Assembly: GCA_034521815.1 (NCBI GenBank)
Contig: JAXHLW010000010.1
Span: 1 to 14,709 of the forward strand
Length of the DNA stretch: 14,709 bases
Reading direction: 5' to 3'
Origin: Trueperaceae bacterium
Lineage (GTDB): Bacteria > Deinococcota > Deinococci > Deinococcales > Trueperaceae
Notes under the pieces: generated by a model
Databases searched by the model: none
Seen by the model: the letters and a program-made list of their open reading frames with translations, nothing else
What the model was told of the DNA's origin: nothing
Shown here: piece after piece, positions 6,337 through 13,068 of the stretch
How positions within the stretch are numbered: the first letter of the stretch is position 1
Layout of the letters: each line of letters starts with the position of its first letter
Program-made: the position numbers and the translations under genes

Positions 6337-7398
6337 TCAGCGTTGGTGCCAGCGAAGCTCCATCGTGTCGAGAACCCACAGATCGTCGTTGAAGTCGGGC
6401 TGGCCCCGGTACACGCCCCCGAAGACCAGAACGCCGACATCGGGAACGAACTCCATGGCGTGACGTGAGATGATCCCCGGCGAATCGCCCTCCACCTCGA
6501 GCTTGGACCACTCGAAGTCTTCGCTCACCGTCCATACCGTGTCGGGTTCTTCGCCGACACCACCGAATCGAATCAACGTATCCAGATGCTCGTCGTACAC
6601 CATCCGCGCATACCCGATCCAGCGCGAGGTCGGGAGCTTCTCGTGCTGTTCCCACGCCGATTCGCGCGGATCGTACGTCCAGACCTCGTCGGTGTTCTCG
6701 GGTTGCCCGTCCTGCCCGCCACTCATGACGAGAACCTCGTTGCGCGGGTCGTACGCGAAGGCGTTGTAGTTCCGGCCCACGGGCACGTTGTCGGGATCGA
6801 CCTCGGTCCACGTCTGCTCATCGAGGTCGAAATGCCACGTGTCGTTCAAGAACTCGAATCCGTCGAGCGTGAATCCACCGTGCAGCACGAACAGGTCGGC
6901 CGCCTCGTGGTACGCGAACATCTCGCCGATGACCGCCTGAGGGGATTCGCCCTCGTCGAACGAAAGCAATGTCCACTGCTCCTCGACAGGATCGAACAGC
7001 CACGTTTCGGTGAACGATTCGAATCCGTCGGCGATCGGCCCGCCGCCACCGAACATCACGACCGTTCCTGTCGGCGCATGCACCGCGAGACGCGCCGCTG
7101 AGCGCGGGGACGGCTGGGGCTCGCTCGTGACCTGCGTCCATTCGTCGCTGGCCGGGTCGTACCACCAGGTCTCCCCGAGCGCCGTGTACGGAGGGGCGTA
7201 GTCTTTCTGCCCGCCGAACAGCAGCACCTTCTCGACCTGTGGCACGTACTCCATGTCGACGTACCCGCGGGGGCTCGGCTGCGCGAGCGAAACTCCAGAC
7301 ATCAGCACGGACAGGACCAGGAACCAGCCGAGTCGAACCGGAGCTGCACCCGACCACTTCAATGACCGATACTGTTCGATGAATCGTGACGACCGCAT
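6337..7398 (-). CDS. Secreted Kelch-repeat (six-bladed beta-propeller) protein, 353 aa
   Basis: AGGAG SD before ATG 7398; signal peptide ending SLA|Q. Six repeats with hydrophobic-GG (LLFGG, VMFGG, VLHGG, VMSGG, IRFGG, LVFGG), each followed by W..D....W-type patterns. Confidence 0.8.
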   Translation of the reverse strand: MRSSRFIEQYRSLKWSGAAPVRLGWFLVLSVLMSGVSLAQPSPRGYVDMEYVPQVEKVLLFGGQKDYAPPYTALGETWWYDPASDEWTQVTSEPQPSPRSAARLAVHAPTGTVVMFGGGGPIADGFESFTETWLFDPVEEQWTLLSFDEGESPQAVIGEMFAYHEAADLFVLHGGFTLDGFEFLNDTWHFDLDEQTWTEVDPDNVPVGRNYNAFAYDPRNEVLVMSGGQDGQPENTDEVWTYDPRESAWEQHEKLPTSRWIGYARMVYDEHLDTLIRFGGVGEEPDTVWTVSEDFEWSKLEVEGDSPGIISRHAMEFVPDVGVLVFGGVYRGQPDFNDDLWVLDTMELRWHQR

Positions 7399-7584
7399 AC
7401 TCTCTCCTCTCGACGTTGCGGTTGACCCCTTCCGTCCGGCGCTCGACGGTCCTCGCTCGATGCGAGACGCTCGGAGGCTTGCACGTGCAGCGTTATGCGG
7501 CCGTTAGGTCGCGCAGCCGCACGTCCGGTCGCGGGGCGCCGTTCGGGCGTATCGTCGTCGAGTTCTGAGGTGTCTGGGCGAACG

Positions 7585-7627
7585 TCGCCGCCGGCCGCCC
7601 GGAATCGTACCGAGCGACCGGCGGCGA
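7585..7627 (-). terminator. Hairpin downstream of the MMPL operon
   Basis: 18-bp stem 7585-7602 / 7610-7627 with a 7-nt loop. Two C-A mismatches on + become G-U pairs in the minus-strand RNA. No U tract. Confidence 0.6.
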
Positions 7628-7659
7628 GCGAGCTGCTTCGAGCGAGCTGCTTCGAGCGA
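7625..7659. repeat. 14-bp tandem repeat, 2.5 copies
   Basis: CGAGCGAGCTGCTT (7625-7638), CGAGCGAGCTGCTT (7639-7652), CGAGCGA (7653-7659). Confidence 0.85.
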
Positions 7660-7686
7660 AACGCTCCGAGCGGGCGGCCCGACCGT

Positions 7687-8931
7687 TCAGAAGTCGAGCT
7701 GCAGCGAGGCGGTCGCGCCGCTCCGCTCGCTCCAGCCGCCGAAGCGGGTTCCCTCCGCGCCGTAGGCGATCATGGCTTCCAGCGAGCCGGTCACGCCGTC
7801 TGCGAAGGTGTAGGCGACGCGAGGACGGAGCATGCCGCTTCCGCCCGAATCGTGCACCCAGGCGGCCTCGACGTCGGTGCGGGCGCCGACCGCGTAGGTC
7901 AGGACCAGCATGGAGCGCAGGCCCAGCTCCACGTCGCCCGACGCTTCGCCTGGGCCGGTGTCTAGCGTCTCGCCGTCCAGGATCGCTTGGGCGATGACGC
8001 GCGGACCGTCGGGCACGACCGTCTCGGCCCCCACCACGATCTGGAACGACGGGTTGCCGACGGCCGGGTCGGTGCCGTCCGGATCGCTCGTGAACAGGTA
8101 GGCCCCCTCGGCGCGCAGCACGAAGTCACCCAGCGCCACCGAGCCGTCGAGCCCGACCACGTGGATCCGGTCGTAGCGCGCGACCGGCTGGAGGATCACC
8201 TCGCCGGGAACGTCGGTCGGCACGATCTCGGCCGAGCGGGTGGGCAGGTCGCGGAACAGGTACTGGTAGCTGGCCGCCACGTCGAACCCGGCGGGCCGCC
8301 ACTGCGCGCGGGCGGCGAGCTGGAGATTCTCGAGCGCTGCGTCTGGCAGCTCCTCGCGGACCGGGCGCATCTCGGTCACCGTCACGCCGGGCGGCACGGT
8401 AGGCCCGTCGTCGTCGCGCCAGTCCTCATTCGGCGGCTCGGAAGGCACGAACACCGGAAGCAGCGCCACCTGCAGGTTCACGTCGCCCTCGAGCCAGGCG
8501 CGCAGGTGGACCATGGGAACGGGGAGCTTCTCTTCGTCTGGGGGTACGGAGAGGTCGCGCGGGTTGAGGCGGTCGACGGGGTTGACGCCGTCGGTGGAGC
8601 CCCAGAACAGCCGCTGATTCCCCGCGGTCAGCTCGATGGCACCGTCGTTCAGGTACAGGCGACCCCAAGCTTCGTCCAGGCGCACCTCGGCGGTGCCGGT
8701 CGCGGCGTCGGTCTCGGCCCGGAGCTCGGCGCGGAAGGCGGCGGTCGGAAAGAATTCCGAGCCCACCTCGCCGTCCAGCGCCAGGCGCGCCTCGGCGCCC
8801 GCCGCGGTCAGGTCGCCGGTCGACTCGAGGCCCAGACGGGCGTCCAGCCGGCCGCTCCAGTCGGTCCGGAGCTGCGCGAAGGCGCTGGCGGGAAGGGCAA
8901 GCAAAGCGATCGTGAGCAGGATGCGCCGCAT
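7687..8931 (-). CDS. Putative outer-membrane beta-barrel protein (DUF1302-like), 414 aa
   Basis: Signal peptide ending AFA|Q. Motifs RLDEAWGRL, LTAGNQRLFWGSTDGVNPVD.LNP.D, FVLRAEGAY. Alternating amphipathic strands and C-terminal SLQLDF. Starts 1 nt after the upstream stop. Confidence 0.7.
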   Translation of the reverse strand: MRRILLTIALLALPASAFAQLRTDWSGRLDARLGLESTGDLTAAGAEARLALDGEVGSEFFPTAAFRAELRAETDAATGTAEVRLDEAWGRLYLNDGAIELTAGNQRLFWGSTDGVNPVDRLNPRDLSVPPDEEKLPVPMVHLRAWLEGDVNLQVALLPVFVPSEPPNEDWRDDDGPTVPPGVTVTEMRPVREELPDAALENLQLAARAQWRPAGFDVAASYQYLFRDLPTRSAEIVPTDVPGEVILQPVARYDRIHVVGLDGSVALGDFVLRAEGAYLFTSDPDGTDPAVGNPSFQIVVGAETVVPDGPRVIAQAILDGETLDTGPGEASGDVELGLRSMLVLTYAVGARTDVEAAWVHDSGGSGMLRPRVAYTFADGVTGSLEAMIAYGAEGTRFGGWSERSGATASLQLDF

Positions 8932-8932
8932 C

Positions 8933-9754
8933 TCAGCGCCTCAGGAACCGCTCGCTGAAGACCTCGTCGGGGAGCTCCTCGTCGAGCGTCAGGTCGCTTT
9001 GCCGGATGATCGTGAACGAGCCGTCGTCCCGCCCGTCGTTCAACGTCGCCATCCGCCGTTCGAGGCCCAGCAGGTAGCCGCCGACCTCCTCCACGTCGTG
9101 CACGGTGAGCTCCTTGACCGCTTCGCCGTCCACGTAGTACGTGACGCGATCCGGGATCAGGGTGTCTTCGGGTACTTCGAGCACCAGCCGGTCGTAGCTC
9201 GATTCGGCCTCGGGCTTCGGCGTCGCTTCGACGACGTAGACCGGTCCGTCACGGACCTCGATCAGCTCGTGGTCGTAGTCGCCGGGGTCGATCCCCTCGA
9301 CGTCTTCGTAGGAGAAGTCGGAGCCGAAGAACGACTCGCCGCGCTGGCCGCCCGCCACGCGCCGGACGCGGTCCAAGGCCGGCAGGTAGACGAGGGTCTC
9401 TTGGGTGGCGCCGTCGTCGATCATGAGGAAGCCGGAGCCGGCGATGTCGGCAGGGGCGGTGAACTTCATCACGCGCATCTCGTCGCCTCGCGCCCAGGTC
9501 CGCATCTCGCGCGTCAGTGTCTGGCCCGCGGCGTTGGTGAGGACCATCTCCATCGTGGCCTGGAGCGTTTCTGGCTCGGGTCGCGCGTCGACCGCGGCGA
9601 TGAGCTCGTCGGCGGTGGCGTACGCTTGCGCGGCGGCGGGAGCGCCGGCCAGGAAAAGAACGCCAGCGAGCAGGAGCGCGGCGGTCCAGCGCGAGACGGC
9701 TGGTGGGGCGAACCTTGGCGTGGTGCGGATGGCGACGGGGTCGATTCGGGTCAT
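8933..9754 (-). CDS. LolA-like 'outer membrane lipoprotein-sorting' periplasmic protein, 273 aa
   Basis: ATG 9754 overlaps the MMPL stop (ATGA) and has an AAGGAG SD; signal peptide ending AAA|Q. Motifs KFTAPADIAGSGFL, VYLPALDRVRRV, SFFGSDFSYEDV, LPDEVFSERFL. Confidence 0.85.
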   Translation of the reverse strand: MTRIDPVAIRTTPRFAPPAVSRWTAALLLAGVLFLAGAPAAAQAYATADELIAAVDARPEPETLQATMEMVLTNAAGQTLTREMRTWARGDEMRVMKFTAPADIAGSGFLMIDDGATQETLVYLPALDRVRRVAGGQRGESFFGSDFSYEDVEGIDPGDYDHELIEVRDGPVYVVEATPKPEAESSYDRLVLEVPEDTLIPDRVTYYVDGEAVKELTVHDVEEVGGYLLGLERRMATLNDGRDDGSFTIIRQSDLTLDEELPDEVFSERFLRR

Positions 9755-12012
9755 GCGGGGTCTCCTTCGGAGAGCGTCACGGCGCGCCCGCCCGGATCGC
9801 GGAAGGCGACCAGGGCGACGGCCGGCAGAAGCGTGAGGGTGGCCAGGCCCACCAGAACGACGGTGAGCACCATCAGCCAGCCCAGCGTCGCGACGGGGAC
9901 GAAGTCGGCGAAGGTCAGGGCGAAGAAGCCCAGGCCCAGCGTCGCGGCGGTGAAGAGGATCTGGCGGCCGGAGGTGATGATCGTGTGCGTCACCGCGGCT
10001 TCGGGATCGCGTCCGGCGGCGCGCTCCTCCATGTAGCGGACGGTGAGGTGGATGGCGTAGTCGCCCACCCCGATCGCGAGCGCGCCCATCAGCATCGTCG
10101 CCAGGTTCAGCGGGATGCCGGCCCAGCCCAGCAGGCCGTACTGCAGCGCGATGGTCGCGACCAGCGCCAGGATCGTGACGGCGGCGGCGCGGAACGAGCG
10201 GACCAGGCTGTCGATCATCAGGACCAGGAACACCGCCAGGCTGATGCTGATCAGGAAGTCGTGCTTCATGGCGTCTTCGACGGCGAGCTCGAGGATCGGC
10301 TGGCCGGTGAAGCCCACCTCGGCCCGGTCGCCCAGCGTCTCGTCGGCCAGCGTTTCGAGCTGGGCGACGATCTCGCGTCCACGGGTGGTGGTGGTCGAGG
10401 TGGCGGTGAGGTTGACGAGGGCGCTCTGCTCGTCCCAGGTCATCAGCTTGGCGAGCTGGTCCGCGTCGCCGCTGGAGGTGTAGAGAAGCAGCTCCTGCGC
10501 TGCGGCCTGACGGGAGGCGGGCAGGTCGTCCTCGCCGGTCAAGGTTTCGTGGAGCGACCTGAGCACGTGGGTGATCGATTGCGCCCCGCCGACCTCGGGG
10601 ATCTCCTTCGCCTGCTCCTGGAACGATTCCAGCGCCCGCAGCGTGCCGGGGTCCAGGATGTCCCCGTCGACGCGGACCTGGATGACGGAGCTGCCGCCCA
10701 ACGTCTCTTCGACGGCTCGGATGCTGGTCCGGGTAGGACCGTCGCCTGGAAAGAACGCCAGGATCGAGGTGTCGGCCTGGATGCGGGGCAGGCCTGCGAG
10801 GGCGCCGGCGACCAGCAGGGCGGCGGCGACGAGCACGGCGCGGGTCCGATTCGTGTCGAGCCACGCGACGCGCTTGAGCAGGCCGCTGATCCCTCCGGGC
10901 GCCTCGGGGTCGGGCACGCGCGCCGGGTCGGGAAGCAGCTTCAGCAGCGCGGGCAGCAGGAGCAGCGCCGCGATCAGGGAGGACAGCACGCCGAGGGCGG
11001 CGATCAGGCCCAGCCCGCGGACCATCGCCAGCTCGGAGAGCAGGAAGGTGCTCATCGCGGCGGAGATCGCCAGGCCGGAGACGCCGACGCCCAGACCGGT
11101 GCGCTGGAAGGTACGGCGTAGCGCGACCATCTTCTCGGTGCCGCGTGCCAGCTCGTAGTCGTAGCGGCCCAGCAGGTGCATCGAGAACGACGCGCCGACC
11201 GCCATCACCGCGATCGGGCCGATGACGGTGAGCGCCATCAGCTCCTGCCCCATGAGCTGGAACGCGCCCATGCCCCAGATCACGCCGATCAGGATCTGGA
11301 TCAGCGACAGCGCGGTGCGACGCGCGGTCCGGAAGTTGAGCCACAGCATCGCCACGATCAGCGCCAGGGAGATCGCCCCGAGCACGGGCAGGTCGCGCGC
11401 GATGATGTCCTGCAGCTCCATGGTGGTGAACGCCGCTCCGGCCAGCGAGTGGTCGTTGGGCCACGACGTGTCGGCCACGGCAGCGACGGTGCGGGCGTAG
11501 GTCGCGGCGTCGATGTCGGAGGCGTACTCGATGATCAGGCTGGCGCGGCGGCCGTCGTCGCTGACGAAGGTGACGTCGCGGTACATGTCGGACTGGGCGA
11601 GGTAGGCAGCGGCCTCGTCGATCGCCGCCAGGTCGCTGGTGTCCTCGGGGATCAGGTCGCCGACGATCAGGTAGCCGTCATCGTCCTCGAGCTTCTGGGC
11701 GGTCGCCAGCGAGGTGACGTCACGGGTGCCGTCGAGGCGACCGATCTCGCGGGTGAGCTCCTTCAGGGCTTCGAGCGAGTCGGGGGTCCAGATGTCGCCT
11801 TCGACCACCATCAGCAGCCGCTCGCCCTGCGAGAAGTCGATCGCCAGCTCGTCGTCCAGCAGCGCGGCGTCGGACTGGGGCGGGTAGAGGGCGTCGGTCC
11901 TGCCGTCGGTGGTGACCTGCGTGGCGCGGTAGCCGAAGAAGGCCGTCAGCACTGCGAAGACGATGACGACCACGACGCTGTAGCGCAACGCGAGGGCGGT
12001 CAGGAGGCGCAC
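9751..12012 (-). CDS. MMPL/RND-superfamily transporter, 753 aa
   Basis: Two repeats, each of one TM, a large extracytoplasmic loop and about five TMs. Motifs IGVGDYAIH, SGRQILFTAATLGLGF, TLTLLPA. GTG start with GGAG. Confidence 0.9.
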   Translation of the reverse strand: MRLLTALALRYSVVVVIVFAVLTAFFGYRATQVTTDGRTDALYPPQSDAALLDDELAIDFSQGERLLMVVEGDIWTPDSLEALKELTREIGRLDGTRDVTSLATAQKLEDDDGYLIVGDLIPEDTSDLAAIDEAAAYLAQSDMYRDVTFVSDDGRRASLIIEYASDIDAATYARTVAAVADTSWPNDHSLAGAAFTTMELQDIIARDLPVLGAISLALIVAMLWLNFRTARRTALSLIQILIGVIWGMGAFQLMGQELMALTVIGPIAVMAVGASFSMHLLGRYDYELARGTEKMVALRRTFQRTGLGVGVSGLAISAAMSTFLLSELAMVRGLGLIAALGVLSSLIAALLLLPALLKLLPDPARVPDPEAPGGISGLLKRVAWLDTNRTRAVLVAAALLVAGALAGLPRIQADTSILAFFPGDGPTRTSIRAVEETLGGSSVIQVRVDGDILDPGTLRALESFQEQAKEIPEVGGAQSITHVLRSLHETLTGEDDLPASRQAAAQELLLYTSSGDADQLAKLMTWDEQSALVNLTATSTTTTRGREIVAQLETLADETLGDRAEVGFTGQPILELAVEDAMKHDFLISISLAVFLVLMIDSLVRSFRAAAVTILALVATIALQYGLLGWAGIPLNLATMLMGALAIGVGDYAIHLTVRYMEERAAGRDPEAAVTHTIITSGRQILFTAATLGLGFFALTFADFVPVATLGWLMVLTVVLVGLATLTLLPAVALVAFRDPGGRAVTLSEGDPA

Positions 12013-12108
12013 GGTACGGCTCCGAACGGGGTGGGTGGACGAGGGGAGAGAGACATCGGTGGCCTCCTGGTGGGGATGAGCGAAGCTTCGAGAGGGTCGC
12101 GGATCGAG

Positions 12109-12137
12109 ATCGTGGTGTTGAGTATGTAATCACTCAA
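12109..12137 (-). promoter_or_regulatory. Probable promoter and second TetR operator in front of the MMPL operon
   Basis: Minus strand TTGAGT (12137-12132), 17 bp, CACGAT (12114-12109). The + strand GGTGTTGAGTATGTAATCACTCAA shares TGTTGAGT-NN-GTAnTCA with the 12831-12854 palindrome. Confidence 0.6.
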
Positions 12138-12181
12138 ATATGACGACGGAGGAGCGGGGCCTGGCTGCGCCCGACGGCCGG

Positions 12182-12811
12182 TCACGATCGGGGGGCTCGC
12201 GCCGTAGCGCCGTCGAACCAGACGTCCAGGAGCTCCTGGGTGAAGACGGCCGCCTCCTGCGCCCAGCGATCGTCGTCGAGGTGGCGGCGGGTGTAGAAGA
12301 ACATCAGCAGCGAGGAGAGGAACGAGGCGGCCGCCGTGGCGGTCGGCAGATCGGCGCGCAGCTCGCCGGCCGCGACGCGCCCGTCGAGGTAGCGGCTCAG
12401 CGCACCCCGGATCCCGTCGAGCAACGTGCGGAACGCGGTTCCGACCTCGGGGTGCGCATGCGATTCGCTGACCAGCATCACGACGAGGTCGCCCTGCCGG
12501 TGCACCAGCTCGACCCAGCCGTGCGCGATCCGCGGCATGGTAGTCGCGGCGGGTATGCCTTCGGCGTCGTCCAGCAACGTTCGCACCGCCACCAGCAGGG
12601 CGCTTCGCTGCTCGGCGGCCTCGACGAGCAGCTCGGCCTTGCCACCGAAGTAGTGGAAGATCAGCCCTTCGGTGATCCCGGCCTCGGCCGCGATCGCCTT
12701 CGTGGTCGTGCCGGCGTAGCCGTGACGCGCGAACAGCGACAGCGCGGCGTCCAGGATCTGGCGCCTGCGCTCCTGTGCCTGCATGCGTCGCGTCGTCGGT
12801 CGTTCGGTCAC
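12182..12811 (-). CDS. TetR/AcrR family transcriptional regulator, 209 aa
   Basis: GGGAGG SD before GTG 12811. HTH RRRQILDAALSLFARHGYAGTTTKAIAAEAGITEGLIFHYFGGKAELL. Confidence 0.9.
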   Translation of the reverse strand: MTERPTTRRMQAQERRRQILDAALSLFARHGYAGTTTKAIAAEAGITEGLIFHYFGGKAELLVEAAEQRSALLVAVRTLLDDAEGIPAATTMPRIAHGWVELVHRQGDLVVMLVSESHAHPEVGTAFRTLLDGIRGALSRYLDGRVAAGELRADLPTATAAASFLSSLLMFFYTRRHLDDDRWAQEAAVFTQELLDVWFDGATARAPRS

Positions 12812-12830
12812 GTGATCCTCCCGGGCGGAC

Positions 12831-12881
12831 GTTGTTGAGTGCGTACTCAACAACAGTACTCGGCCGCTGCGGATTCGTCAA
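12831..12881 (-). promoter_or_regulatory. tetR promoter with an overlapping palindromic operator
   Basis: Minus strand TTGACG (12881-12876), 17 bp, TACTGT (12858-12853). Palindrome GTTGTTGAGT-GCGT-ACTCAACAAC (12831-12854) covers the predicted TSS. Confidence 0.8.
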
Positions 12882-12900
12882 CCGGCAGCGCGACCCGCCT

Positions 12901-12930
12901 TCGGATCGCCTCGGATCGCCGCCGGTCGCC
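12901..12930. repeat. 10-bp tandem repeat between the divergent promoters
   Basis: TCGGATCGCC twice (12901-12920) plus degenerate GCCGGTCGCC (12921-12930). Confidence 0.6.
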
Positions 12931-12939
12931 TCGGCGCGT

Positions 12940-12983
12940 CGGGACAAACGTCCCGTGCCCGGCGCGACGCCGAAGCGCACAAT
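12940..12983 (+). promoter_or_regulatory. Putative activator-dependent nirS promoter
   Basis: Palindrome CGGGAC-AAAC-GTCCCG (12940-12955) and candidate -10 CACAAT (12978-12983); the site centre falls near -42. Confidence 0.55.
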
Positions 12984-13068
12984 TGCGACACGCACATCGC
13001 CGTTTATGAGGGTGGTCGAGCCGGCCCCTGGACGCGCCGACCCGACCGGCTCGGGAAAGAAGGTCTCC

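Noticed and set aside
3700-7400. Mobile element or genomic island
   Set aside because: The region looks mosaic (pseudogenes, composition shifts by eye), but no transposase, integrase, terminal repeats or tRNA site is visible.
7625-7659. Tandem repeats here and at 12901-12930 as CRISPR remnants
   Set aside because: Units are 10-14 bp with no spacers, and there are no cas genes.
9755-11464. 843-aa ORF as a large fusion protein
   Set aside because: The upstream part is an alternative frame within the MMPL gene; the real LolA-like gene starts at 9754.
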